DNA from: Raja brachyura
Taxonomy: Eukaryota
Reading direction: 5' to 3'
NCBI GenBank assembly: GCA_963514005.1
Contig: OY740793.1
Coordinates: 44,578,001-44,642,000 of the forward strand
DNA: 64,000 nucleotides
Shown piece after piece: positions 50,701-62,404 of the stretch; position 1 is the first letter of the stretch; every line of letters begins with the position of its first letter. The position numbers were made by a program, and so were the translations under genes. The notes under the pieces were generated by a model that saw nothing but the letters and a program-made list of their open reading frames with translations, did not search any database and had not been told where the DNA came from.

Positions 50701-53700
50701 AATCTAAAAGAAAAATAAATTGATTTATTAATTCATTTTAACTCACCAGATGCTGTTCAAAATAAAAAAAAGTTGAATGAAAATACAGCCAAAGGGCAAG
50801 ATGCCGCCCATGACAATGCCCGGCAGCGGCTTGGTGAAGAAGGACTGCTCTGGGATTTGACGTGGGATCTGATTTGTCCGGACCGGATGATCAATGGGCT
50901 GAAAACAAAGCACACCAAATCAATTACAAAAAATCTCTGACAAATTATTACTCTTCAGATTTAACATTAAACACAACGGAGATAGGCACAGTAGAACTGG
51001 AAAATGCTTCAAACTTTAGTCAAGGTTTCGATGTGGGATGAATCTGACTTGATTCAACCAGAGTCATGCACATGCTTATTCTCCCATTCTTTTAGAATGA
51101 TTAGACAATATTTCATCGTCTGCTGGACAGGGGAGAGAGGGGGGAACAAAGAGATATAGAAACATAGAAACATAGAAATTAGGTGCAGGAGTAGGCCATT
51201 CGGCCCTTCGAGCCTGCACCGCCATTCAATATGATCATGGCTGATCATCCAACTCAGTATCCCGTACCTGCCTTCTCTCCATACCCTCTGATCCCCTTAG
51301 CCACAAGGGCCACATCTAACTCCCTCTTAAATATAGCCAATGAACTGGCCTCAACTACCCTCTGTGGCAGAGAGTTCCAGAGACCCACCACTCTCTGTGT
51401 GAAAAAATTCCTTCTCATCTCGGTCCTAAAGGATTTCCCCCTTATCCTTAAGCTGTGACCCCTTGTCCTGGACCTCCCCAACATCGGGAACAATCTTCCT
51501 GCATCTAGCCTGTCCAACCCCTTAAGAATTTTGTAAGTTTCTATAAGATCCCCTCTCAATCTCCTAAACTCAAATAGTATAAACCGAGTCTATGCAGTCT
51601 TTGTTCATAAGACAGTCCTGACATCCCAGGAATCAGTCTGGTGAACTTTCGCTGCACTCCCTCTATGGCAATAATGTCCTTCCTCAGATTTGGCGACCAG
51701 AACTGTACGCAATACTCCAGGTGTGGCCTCACCAAGACCCTATACAACTGAAGTAGAACCTCCCTGCTCCTATACTCAAATCCTTTTGCTATGAAAGCTA
51801 ACATACCATTGGCTTTCTTCACTGCCTGCTGTACCTGCATGCCTACTTTCAATGACTGGTGTACCATGACACCCAGGTCGCGCTGCATCTCCCCTTTTCC
51901 TAATCGGCCACCATTTAGATAGTAGTCGGTTTTCCTATTTTTGCCACCAAAGTGGATAACCTCACATTTATCCACATATATAGAGGCAGTTACTGAATAA
52001 AAGAATGCAGGAATTAGTTATATTACATCTGGAACTTGGTTTTCATTGACTGCAACAATTTAAATCAGTCAGTCCCCCACAGCAGCATTCAATAGCCGAT
52101 TCCTGGCTCTCCCACTGACTGACCTCCATCACAACTCAAATTACAAAGATTCACTTTTCTAAAAGATTGAACATTTTGGGTAAAAGATACAAGGGGGATG
52201 ATGCAAAAGTCAAGTGGAGTTTTTGTTATATGCACTCAGTGAGGTGTAGGTGCAATGGAAATCTTGCTTGTTGCATCACATATAGACTCAGACCACACAC
52301 AAAAGCAAATTATACATAAATGACACAATATTTCCAAAGGTCAGAAAAAATAAGACACTCATGCAAAAAGTTAATTAAATTATTTTTCTTGGTGGTTAGG
52401 ATCTAGAGTTCACTGCCTGTCACGTAGGCGAAGACCGAATAAGGGACAGGTTTAGGAAGGAAGTCGTTAAAAGCTCTGTGCGAACTAATTACACACCTGA
52501 TGAAGCAGCATAGATGGCTGCTCAGATTTATCATATTGATAAAGAATTTAGTTTTTAAAATAATACCTGGTTGGTTTTCCTGCAACCTTTATCATTTTGT
52601 TTTTTTATATGTCAATACTGGGAAAACCAAAATTCAAAGACAGCTTCTGACGAAAAGGATTCTAGCGGTCAGTCCCGTAATTTTGTTGGAGATTTTGTGT
52701 CCCGACTACGAACATCCTTCCAACAAACGTGTGTAATGACTGGTAGACACAAAATGCTGGAGTAACTCCAGGCAGGCAGGCAGCATCTCCGGCGAGAAGG
52801 AAAGGGTGACATTTCGGGTCAAGGTCAGGGGAGTGGGCAGGACAGAGATAGAATGTAGTCAGAGACAGTAAGACTGGTGGGAGAACTGGGAAGGGGGAGG
52901 GGATGGAGAGAGGGAAACCAGGGTTATTTGAAGTTGGAGAAGTCAATGTTCATATGGGTGTGGCGTAAGCTTCCCAAGCAAAATATGAGGTGCGAATCCT
53001 CCAATTTGCGCTGGTTCTCACTCTGACAATGGAGGAGACCCAGGACAGAAAGGTCAGATTGGAAATGGGAGGGGGAATTAAAGTGCTGAGCAACCAGGAG
53101 ATCAGGTAGAGATGGGAAGATGTGGCCAGTGGTGGGATCCCATTGGAGGTGGCGAAAATGTTAGAGGAATATATGCTGCATGCGACCACTGATGGTGTGG
53201 AAGGCGAGGACAAGGGGGACTCTGTCCTTGTTACGAGTGTGGGGGGGGGGGGGGGGGGGGGGGGAAAGGACGACCCTGGTGAGAACCTCATCTATAATGG
53301 AAAACAGGAAGCTCAACACTTTAACTCCCCCCTCCCGTTCCAAATCTGACCTTTCTGTCCTGAGCCTCCTCCATTGTCAGAGTGACATCCAGCGCAAATT
53401 AGAGGAACAGCTCCTCATATTTTGCTTGGGCAGCTTACACACCAGCGGTATGAACATTTTCTCTAACTTCAAATTGTTAATTAAACTATTTTGCTTTCCC
53501 TCTCTCTCTATCCCCTCCTCTTCCCAGTTCTCCCACCAGTTTTATTGTCTCCGACTACATTCTATGTCTGTCCCGCCCACTCACCCGACATCAGTCTGAA
53601 GAAGGGTGTCGACCCGAAATGTCACCCATTCCTTCTCTCCAGAGATGCTTGCCTGTCTCGCCGAGTTATTCCAGCATTTTGTGTCTACCTTAGATGTAAA

Positions 53701-56700
53701 CCAGCATCTGCAGTTCTTTCCTACACATTGTGTAATGACTGCCTATCTTAATCTTAATGTAAAATATTTCCTTCGCAAACCTGGTTTCATCTTTGGTCTT
53801 AAGTCCATATAAATGGATCCATCAGAATTTATCTTTCCCAGGTTTGCAAATGCATGCACGGACAATACATCATTGTTTAATTTGAAAGAACACTTGTATT
53901 GAACGTTTGGAGACTCACCCTTTTTTTAAATCCAAAATAAGCACCAACAAATGTGAGCGGGACTGAAATTCCAAACCACATTGCCAAAATTGCTACAAGA
54001 GTCCCAAAGGGAATGGCAGCAGATGATCCTTCAACCCAAAGGATGAGGTTTGTGATAAAGAAATCAATGAAGACGATTCTGTGAATGAAAGTAACAAATC
54101 GCAGTCTTAAATGTGGCAGAGCAGAGGATTCATTAGCTAACTGAACATGGGACCAAAGGTTTCACAGTTACATCTTCGCCACTTTTACATTCATTTAAAC
54201 TGCTATTAGTGAATGGGATTAATTCAGGATCCCACATTAAATCAAGAACGTACTATCAGCAAGGTAGCAACAAAACCTTAGCTTGGTCAAATTCTAACTT
54301 ATACTTAACCGGAGCACAACAATAAGGCACAAGGAAGCTCAAGATTCTTTGTTTTAGTCTTAAAAACAGATTAAAGGTGATGGAAAGATCATCATCAGAT
54401 CAATACAAAGGTATTACTGTCGTGCATGGCACTTCTCTGTTTAAACGTTCATGTGCATTAAAATAAATTGGGATAAAAGAATGCCTGAAAAATTTAGAAT
54501 TGCACTTTCGTGTATCTGAGGCACCACCTTAAGTTGGTGATCATGGTCTGGCATTACTATGTAATGTTACACAACATGAATGCAGCCAACTATTTACACA
54601 AAAATGCTTCCGTAGTCAAAAACAGAGCAGGGATTTGTGCAAGGAATCCAAACAAATAAGACCTAATGCTCAGAACTCTGCACATTAATCAGGAATAAAT
54701 TAGGTTTCCATTTTTTTTCCAACGGGATCAAACCAATTAATATATATATACACGCATATACATATCATCATACACGTGCGTGCGTGTTCATTTGGTTGTG
54801 TATGATCACATCTTCTCAAAAAAAACAACACGCTATGGGTAGAAAATTCCATATTTTCCCACTGCAGTTCAAAATCGCCTTATCTGAAAAATTCATGCCT
54901 TATTTCTCGACATTAATGGAAATGTTCAAAAATCAGAAAAAACTTTGGGGGAAAAAAATGCCTCTTTTCCTGCGTCACTCCTGCAGTGAGTGACGCCACA
55001 CCCCCCCGGCGTACTCGGACCCTGCCTGGAGCGAGGGAGTATTGCGTTCGGGAGCCAGCCCTCTCCTGTGACTACGTGCCCCCCGCCCCTCAAACTCTAC
55101 CCCCTCCCTGCCCCCCCCTCCCTGCCCCCCCCCCCCCCCCGCTCGCTCTCTGCCCACCTCCAGCTCTCTCTAGGGGACGGGTGCATTGGGGGAGAAGACC
55201 CAATGGGTGTGTACTTGGTCTAGTATATATTAAAAATACCTGCATTCAATGCATCCAACATATGTGCTTTAAAATATAAAAGCAAAAGACAGATTTTAAT
55301 AAATTAGAAAACGATGGTAAGTACTAACCCAGGGCAAAGAAAAGAAGTCAAGAGAACATTGGTTTTCCACTTCTCACCACCGAATGCTAAGGAAGGAACA
55401 AAACGACTAATCAAAACACTGGTAAAGATCATGTGAAACCTGGCTCCTTATATTGCCTTGAGCACCAGCACTTTCCGAATGTCCAAGACAACTACTTCAT
55501 TGGTTACTTTTGAAGTTTGTTTTGGGGAATGGGGTTCTTCCCATGGTCAATGTTTAATACAATGAACAGTGATCAATTTTCAATTCAATACTGCTGTGCA
55601 CGAGTTTGTTGCTTTTATGGGGCAGTGATCAATTGCTGAATGAAGCTCTACCCCCACACACCATTTCCATGGTCCAGCATTGCTCTTCCAAAATATATTT
55701 CTTTCAAATAGGTCCGCAATGTCAAAGGGGATGACCCTATAGACAAAACATGTTTCACCTCTGGGTTCAAATGCAATAAGCTGCATCTTATGGAAACAAC
55801 CCCATTGCACCAGCACGGTCATATTTACCTGGACTGAATGCAAGGGAGCAATCTCGTCAGGCCTCTACACTCAAGTCAGGCAGCAGTGCATAGAATTTAA
55901 CTAGGTCTCAGGCAGCTCAGTTCAGTGCACCAGTCACTGTGGATTATGCCACAAAGTTTCAATATTTGACTGGTTAAGACTTTAGACTTGAGATACAGCA
56001 CGGAAATAGGCCCTTTGGCCCACCGAGTCAACGTCAACCAGAGATCACCCCATACACTAGCGCTATCCTACACACAAGGAACAACTTACAATGTTACCAA
56101 AGCCAATTAACCTACAAACCTGTATGTTCTTTGAGTGTTGGAGGAAAACAGAGCACCCGGAGAAAACTCACACGGTCACAGGGAAAACATACAAAGTCTG
56201 TACAGACAGTACCCGTAGTCAGAATCGAACCCGGGTCTCTGGTACTGTAAAGGGCCTGTCCCACTTGCCGATTTTTTTCAGCGACTGCCGGTGTCATTGA
56301 CTGATGTATCAGGGTTGCCAAAAGATTTTGAACATTTCAAAATCCAGCGGCAATAAAAAAAAATGTTGCGACACTTGAGGAAACACCGCACGTCAATACG
56401 TCATTACGCCACAACTTTTTTGGTAACCTGATACATCAGTCACTGATGTCGGCAGTCGCCGAACAAAATCGCCAAATGGGACAGGCCCTTAAGGCCTCTA
56501 CTGCTGCCCCACCATCAGAAAGTTTTAATTTTAAATAAACAAGTTGAAATGAGGAAAAATGAAGACATCACACGTGGCCAAACAAACTGAAAGCAGAGCA
56601 GTAAACCAAACCCTAATAATGGACGACCCTTCCCTTCTACATTGCAGACCAAGAATCACTTTTGAAATCAACAACATAGCAAATCACGTATGAACTGAGA

Positions 56701-59452
56701 CAAATCCCCATTATAACGCTGCAGAAGAAAACCAGGACGCTGAAGATTCTCAATGGAATTTGAGATCTTGGACACCAGGAACAAAACGAACATGGTGAAG
56801 AATAAAATGAACTGCAGACCATGACCATTTGAGATAGAATGAGTTAGTGCAATGTTGGGGAAAAAAATATTCTTCAAAGCTGCCCGATGTCTTGCTACAC
56901 TTGTGAAGAAGTCGCACATCTTGTGTGTCAAAGCCTTACTCCCGAGAATGGCTGGGTGCTGGCTCTTCTAGCAAGATTCAGCACAGGATTTATCAATGTT
57001 TATCTGTAACATAGATGGCTTCAAAACCTTTTCATCGTTCATTCACCACAAAGTCTGATTAATTCATTGCAATATCAAGATAAATAAGGACAAGTAGCCC
57101 AGTGGAGCATTACTTACTCTTGTACATTCGAGCAGAAACATATCCTGCAGGTGTTCCTAGCAAGACCCAGAGGACAACGGCACAGGTCATCAGTGCTCCT
57201 CGGTTTGCAGGCGAAAGGAACCCAAGGCAAGCAAGGACTATAGGGTGAGAGAAAGAGAAATATCTCAACGTTTCATGTCTCTATCGGGCAAGAGCTGAGC
57301 ACTTTAAAGGAGTGCTCAAGTTTGATTCATCGATTATGAACGATGTCAAGCAACAATGTGACTCACCACACACCCTATCACCCCACCCCCCCCATCACTT
57401 TCATCAGTAAGTGAAATAATCATCATGACTTTTCCGTGAACTTGTTGGATTATTACACACTTAATAAAATTATAAACCTCCCATTCAACACTGGCTGTGA
57501 TGGTGAAAGCATCCAGAAGTAACTATAGAGGTAACCTTTTCACGTGGACCACGCCCCTTCATGGGTAACACTTAGCTACATTTTACACTTTATGGAACTG
57601 CCTACAATATTTTGAAGATAAATGCAATATAGTCAATCTTATGAAACGTTCAAAAGCAAAAGCATTAAAAGCAATATATGAACATCACAAAACGAACTCA
57701 CACCAATCTCTTGGCATTAATGACACTTTAACACTTACAAAGAGTGATAAACATCATAATGAAGATCTGTGTTCCTTGACCGAGGAAAACAGATAATAGC
57801 ATTCCTTTCCTGGGGGGTCTGAAGATATCTCCGTGCACCAATTTCCAACCAAATTCTTCCTGGGCATCCTCCTGCAGAGACATCATGTGCATTGGTGTTA
57901 GAGAAAAAATAAATACCTGCATTCATTTACAAAAGTTGGGCAGGGCTTCAGAAAGTAAATCATATCACAGTGGAGTTTTTACGTGTACTAACTCCAAAGA
58001 TGGAATTTAGCAGCTTAGTTTGTATATTCAGTAAAATCTCACATTGGAATCTGGCTTCATGGTGAATTTAGATGTTCCCCACAGCTTTAAATGTTGGAAA
58101 ATTTAGACATTTCCTCAAACTGACACCATAGATATGCAGAATCATTCCAAACGGGCTTAAAATTATAGTGCTGCAGATATTGGAAATCCGAGGTAAAACT
58201 AAAAATGCTGCAAATTATGATCAAGTTGTGGAGATCAGAATTTCAGCTCAATAACAAGCTGCTCTCTGAAAAAATCAGTTGGGTTTCTCTTTCTCATGAT
58301 ATTGCCTGACCTTTTTGAATGTTTCTCGCATTTTCTAAGAAAATGTCATGCTACAAGAAGTTTAACAAGTGTGGGAGAAAAATTAAAGGACTAAGAGATG
58401 ACAGTGCCTCTGGGAGTAAGGGATGCAAAGCCTGGTCTCTCCAGTAACTACAGGGGGGAAAGTCAGTTTTACTATCCTGACAAATTAGAAATTACAGAAA
58501 CAGCTGAGAAGGAAGAGGAAAACATGACACTTTGGAAACCAATAATGAATCAATGATAAGATCCAATGGAAAACTGATCTTTGTATAAACGGGACTGGGA
58601 GCATGCTTACAATACATTGGTCGAACCACTACTAGTAGTACTTGTCAATGCATCGGATTTCAAATATTAATTTAGAAAAGGATGACGTGTTGTATTCCAC
58701 ACAAGGTGCTTTGAGGTTTTCAAGACATTGCAGCGAAGTAAAAGTGGATTGTAAAACCACCAGTAGTCAAGTAGTCTAGAACAAGGAACAATGTCCAAAA
58801 AATGAGAGCAAAGCCTTAAGCAAGAGCAAGGATGAGCCCACACTGACCGTTGCCCACATACAAAAGCACAAGTCAACTGCAGAATTTTGGAATACCTGCA
58901 AACAGCAAATAAGGCAAAGTCATTGATACATTTTTAATTAACATGAAGGGATATGAAGGATAGCTTGGTGGAGCTTTGCGAGTCAAATGAGGTTAACGAA
59001 CCCTGTAAATCATTCCTTTAATTTAGAAAAGTGACAGAAGAATCACAGGGGAGATCAAGATGCAAGCGTAGAGGGAAATAAGAGGAATGATAATGAAAGG
59101 ATTGCTCCCAAGGAGCTGGCATAAACCAGAAGGGCTGAATTGTCACATTCTGTCATAATAAATAATTGTTGTCGGAACACAAGAATAAAATAGGGGAAGA
59201 AGTGAATCAAAGACTTATTCATGTGATAATGATTAACTGTAGCAAAGATCAAGCAAGCATTGTGCGGGGAAGAACAAATTAAGCCACATTGCATTGTCTC
59301 CAAGACATAATTATCACCACCGTTTAGCCACAATAGTACATACCGCTGAGTCAATCTGATTGTATCTAGCAATATCTTTGTGTAGAGTCCGCAGCATAAT
59401 CATTGCCACCATTCCAGACAAGAAGAGGACAATCACAAGGGAATTCATAATA
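29719..59452 (-). CDS. TM9SF5: Transmembrane 9 superfamily protein, TM9SF2-like, probably TM9SF5; 3' part with 9 coding exons, 5' exons outside the window
   Basis: Exons 59344-59452, 57739-57871, 57118-57237, 55329-55386, 53919-54078, 50747-50898, 47102-47213, 45104-45275 and 29719-29786. All are GT-AG and splice in frame, from [32 protein letters not shown] to IYSVVKVD*. Confidence 0.9.
30275..30460. mobile_element. Solo Tc1 ITR of the same family as 33188-34844
   Basis: Ends ...CAAACATTATGGAGGGCACTG followed by TA. Confidence 0.8.
31877..32160 (+). mobile_element. Degenerate tRNA-derived V-SINE
   Basis: A/B-box-like head CAGTGGTGCTGCAGTTAG...GGGTTTGATCCTG and GTAGGTTAACTGGC core. Confidence 0.5.
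32660..33178 (+). mobile_element. Penelope element 3' part: GIY-YIG endonuclease and terminal repeat with a hammerhead motif (~33081-33120)
   Basis: [30 protein letters not shown]...PVAQHFN...EQHLIFRLG, followed by CTGAAGAAGGGTATCAACCCGAAACGTC. Confidence 0.9.
33188..34844 (-). mobile_element. Tc1 transposon with both long ITRs and a degenerate transposase
   Basis: TA-CAGTGCCCTCCATAAT ... ATTATGGAGGGCACTG-TA. ITRs are over 200 bp. Transposase remnants on - start near 34465. Confidence 0.9.
35545..39147 (-). mobile_element. Long degenerate CR1 (APE endonuclease to 3' tail) with nested insertions
   Basis: [20 protein letters not shown] (ORF 38560-39231), [30 protein letters not shown], and a CATAGAAA tail. 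A second CR1 3' fragment is inserted at ~38030-38415. Confidence 0.88.
37226..37659 (+). mobile_element. Non-autonomous bipartite RTE-derived element (RTE 5' UTR joined to a 3' tail)
   Basis: 13-bp TSD GACTTCCTTAGTG (37213-37225 / 37660-37672). The 5' part CACCTTGTCGTGGTGG...CCTGGTAGGGTCACCCATGGC...CTGACAAAGA resembles Expander/BovB 5' UTRs. TAAGAA tail and no ORF. Confidence 0.72.
40283..40450. mobile_element. Fold-back mini-Penelope insertion
   Basis: Inverted terminal-repeat halves. TSD CATC(T/G)TCAGCAG at 40271-40282 / 40451-40462. Confidence 0.7.
42070..42300. mobile_element. Older fold-back Penelope remnant
   Basis: Degenerate inverted pair of terminal repeats (GCTGGCGAACTCAGTGGGTCAGG... 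/ GTCTGAAAGGCCCCGACCTGAAAC). Confidence 0.55.
44281..44928. mobile_element. PIF/Harbinger-type non-autonomous element with a nested fold-back Penelope (~44635-44826)
   Basis: TIRs AGGGCCTTTCCCACTT / AAGTGGGACAGGCCCT and TTA TSD (44278-44280 / 44929-44931). Confidence 0.78.
45104..45275 (-). CDS. TM9SF5: TM9SF2-like/TM9SF5 exon, 172 bp
   Basis: ag|[57 protein letters not shown]|gtaaga. Confidence 0.93.
45668..45800 (-). mobile_element. Penelope terminal-repeat insertion with a hammerhead motif
   Basis: Flanked by a CAGTGGCTGTTTT duplication. Contains the reverse complement of GTCTGAAGAAGGGTCTCGACCCGAAACGTCACC. Confidence 0.75.
47102..47213 (-). CDS. TM9SF5: TM9SF2-like/TM9SF5 exon, 112 bp
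   Basis: ag|[37 protein letters not shown]|gtgcgt. Confidence 0.93.
47338..47499. mobile_element. Fold-back mini-Penelope insertion
   Basis: 15-bp TSD TTGCAATGAACATAA (47323-47337 / 47500-47514) and inverted halves. Confidence 0.72.
48900..50478 (+). mobile_element. Old CR1 fragments (~48900-49530 and ~49965-50478)
   Basis: [32 protein letters not shown] and a CR1 3' UTR. Confidence 0.7.
50747..50898 (-). CDS. TM9SF5: TM9SF2-like/TM9SF5 exon, 152 bp
   Basis: ag|[50 protein letters not shown](W)|gtgagt. Confidence 0.93.
51156..51977 (-). mobile_element. Young-looking 5'-truncated CR1
   Basis: ORFs 51556-51975 and 51254-51559 give a well-preserved RT C-terminus. (TTCTATGT)n tail. Confidence 0.92.
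52743..53728. mobile_element. Penelope insertion with internal inversion (- strand part ~52743-53300, + strand part ~53305-53728); hammerhead motif at ~53592-53630
   Basis: 13-bp TSD TGTGTAATGACTG (52730-52742 / 53729-53741). GIY-YIG C-terminal motifs on both strands. Confidence 0.85.
53919..54078 (-). CDS. TM9SF5: TM9SF2-like/TM9SF5 exon, 160 bp
   Basis: ag|[53 protein letters not shown]|gtgagt. Confidence 0.93.
54740..55223 (+). mobile_element. Probable short non-autonomous Helitron
   Basis: 3' end AGACCCAATGGGTGT...TTGGTCTAG|T resembles the Helitron end at 11910. The 5' boundary is uncertain. Confidence 0.55.
55329..55386 (-). CDS. TM9SF5: TM9SF2-like/TM9SF5 exon, 58 bp
   Basis: ag|(T)[18 protein letters not shown](G)|gttagt. 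Confidence 0.92.
55980..56515 (-). mobile_element. tRNA-derived V-SINE (HE1-like), interrupted by a MITE
   Basis: B-box GGTTCGATTC, V-domain GTTTTCCTCCAACACTCAAAGA...GTAGGTTAATTGGC, and a CR1-like 3' tail. Confidence 0.8.
56251..56489. mobile_element. Palindromic PIF/Harbinger MITE
   Basis: TIRs AGGGCCTGTCCCA / TGGGACAGGCCCT and TAA TSD (56248-56250 / 56490-56492). Confidence 0.85.
57118..57237 (-). CDS. TM9SF5: TM9SF2-like/TM9SF5 exon, 120 bp
   Basis: ag|(F)[39 protein letters not shown]|gtaagt. Confidence 0.93.
57739..57871 (-). CDS. TM9SF5: TM9SF2-like/TM9SF5 exon, 133 bp
   Basis: ag|[44 protein letters not shown]|gtaagt. Confidence 0.93.
59344..59452 (-). CDS. TM9SF5: TM9SF2-like/TM9SF5 exon, 109 bp
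   Basis: ag|[36 protein letters not shown]|gtatgt. Confidence 0.92.
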
Positions 59453-60599
59453 CTAAAAAAAGAGAAATAAGAACATTAACTTTAACGTTTCAAATAACCA
59501 TGCCATAATTTGTGGCCGACCCTTTCTAATTCTCACTAGGCGCCATCAGGTTAGCTATCTGCATTGTTTAAAGGAGATAATGAATTAAACACTTGTGTTC
59601 AAGTGTTGACGGAGTTTCAAGCATACTATTGTAATGGGGACAAATCAAATTTTTAGTTAGACAATATGTTCACGTTCACGAGTCCTTCAAAAAGATAAGC
59701 CATCCACAGCAAGGCAAAATGACCTTGTTATGAATGCCCACAACCTACCTTTTCCCTTGGTATGAAAGGCAAATTCAGAGGCATTGCCATGCCGTGGAAA
59801 TCCAAGATGAATTGCAGCAATCTTGCTATTATCCAAATTATTGTTGCACTGTACCAAGGTAGCTGCATTCGCTATATGTATCCCAATCTATAAAGCACAT
59901 TTCTGTACTCTTCTGCGATATGGATCCATTGCCTCGACAGAAATAAAGTTCCCCTAAAATCAGGTAATCCTGTCCAAACAATCTACTTGACGAATTCAAA
60001 GAGCTTTAAATCTGAATGCCCCCTAGTAAATGCCACACTGCTAACATTCAGGTCGAATAAACAAGACATTTTCACACATTTTTTCACAGAAAGCAGATTC
60101 CAAGAAATGTGCGTTATAGGCCAATCCTTTTGGTGTTTATTCCAGAGAAAGACTGCCATTATGTTTATTTAATTATCGTAAATCCCATCCCCCCCCCCCC
60201 CCCCCCCCCCCCCGGTACCAATGAACAATGTAGCAAACACCAATGTGTCAGCCACTCCATGCATGTAATTCCACTCCACCTCATTTACCAAACCTTATCA
60301 ATGTATTTCATACGTTTATCATTCTAAGTAAATTCCTGATGTCATAAAATCTCAAGAACAATTCTCATCTGACTGCTTAAGAACAATTCTTACCCTGGGG
60401 ACCACGGCTGTAGCACCTTCAGCGAGTGCTCCATTTGCACAGACCAAGCTTCCAACATTCCTTGCCATGTCCGTGACCCCAATTATTAAAGGCTTATACA
60501 ATCCATTCAGAACTTTAAAAAAGTACATTCCAACCAAACCAACAAGCTGAAATAGGTCAAGCCACGCCAATCCCCATGCAAGTTATTTCTCAGGACTAA

Positions 60600-60777
60600 A
60601 TGTGTAGGAAGGAACTGCGGACGCTGGTTTAAACCAAAGATAGACACAAAAAAGCTGGAGTAACTCAGCAGGATAGGCAGCATCTCTGGAGAGAAGGTAT
60701 GGGTTCCTTCTCATTCTCATTCCTTCATTCCAGAGATACTGCCTGTTCCGCTGAGTTACTCCTATATTTTGTGTCTA
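60600..60777. mobile_element. Fold-back mini-Penelope insertion
   Basis: Inverted halves flanked by ATTTC(T/A)CAGGAC. Confidence 0.65.
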
Positions 60778-61009
60778 TTTCACAGGACAAGTCTTGCAAG
60801 GCTTCAATCTCTATTAACAACCGTCACCTCACTTGCAGGTGCTTGGTAAAATGAGTGGTGGGTTAAACCACTACTCAACTAGTTAACTGAGCATGTGATG
60901 GGATAGGTCATATGCTGATGGATTGAGAAAATCCTATTGGACAGAAAGCAAACAATGTTATCAGATCTTTCTCAGGCTGTTACTGGTCAGGCATTATAGG
61001 GATTGAAAC

Positions 61010-62400
61010 TTAGAACATAGAACAGCATAGCACAAGACAGGTCCTTAGTCCCTCAATGTCTGTATCGAACATGATGCTAAGACCATCTCTTATCTGCCCG
61101 CACAAAATCGATATTCCTCAATCTCCTGCATCCATTGGCCTATCTAAAAGTATCTGAAAATCTCTTAAATTCTATCATCGTACCTGCCCCCAATACTATA
61201 CACAGCAGCAAGTTTCAGGCACTCAACTGTAAAAAAGTTGCCCCTCTCACCTTAAAGCAATGTCCTCGAGTATTTGAAATTTGCATCCTGTGAAAAGAGT
61301 GCTTGCTGACTGACTATTATATCGATCTATGCCTCTCCAAATATTATATACTTCTATTAAGTCTCTGTGCAACCTCTGATGTTCCAATGAAAATAATACA
61401 AATCTTTCCAACTTTTCCCCTGGCTAATTAATTGCCTCTAATCCAGGCATCATTCTAGTAAACCTCATCTGCACCCTTTTCAAAGCCTCTACATCCTTCC
61501 TGCAACAGAGCGACCAGAAGTGCACACAATTCTCCAAATGCAGCCTAACCGAAATCAAAAAGTTGCAAAATGACTTCCTGACTCTTGTGCAATGCCCTGA
61601 CCTATGAAAGCAAGCATACCACACACCTTTCAGGAAGTATGGATTAGACCCCAAGACCCCCGCCCCCCCCCCCCCCCGTACATCAATGCTGTTCACGGTC
61701 ATGTCATTAATTGTACATTTCCCCTTAAATTTGACCACCCAAAGTGCAACACCTCACACTCGCATGGATTAAACTCCACCCTCCATTTCTCATCCCATTA
61801 CTGTACCCCATCTATATTGAGCCGTACACTTTGATAGCCTTCTTCACAGTCCACAGCCCTAACAATCTTGGTGTGAACTGTTTACTTACCAACCAACCTG
61901 TCTGTGTTTATGTCCAAGTCATTTTTATATATCACAAAGGTCCTGGCACAGATCCCAACAGAACTCTAATGGTCACAACTACAACCTTCTGTCTTCTATC
62001 AGTAAGCCAATTCTGAATTCATATGATTAAATGACCGTTAATCCCTCGCATTTTAATTGTTTGGAATATAATTACTTCATTTATATCAGCAATTTGGCTG
62101 ATGGGATCAAATATAATTTCCATGATCGTTGATGATATAAAACTAGACGGTATTATGAGGAGGGAAGAGAATGCAAAGATACTTCACAGGATAAAGACAA
62201 GCTAAGTGAATAGGCAAATACAATATGATGTGGAGAAAAAGTGGGGTCTTTACGTTTTATGTAGAAAACAGAAGAGCAGGATTTTTTTTAAATGGCAAGA
62301 GACTGGGCAACAGACACGTTCAAAGGGATCTGGATGCCATTGTACACAAGTGACTGAAGCCAACGAGATGTATCATGCAGTTAGAAAGGCAAATTTTAAA
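61010..62400. mobile_element. Old CR1 fragments (- strand ~61010-62050, + strand ~62070-62400)
   Basis: VRLHLENCVHFWSLCCRKDVEALKRVQMRFTRMMPGL and related motifs. Confidence 0.65.
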
Positions 62401-62404
62401 ACAC

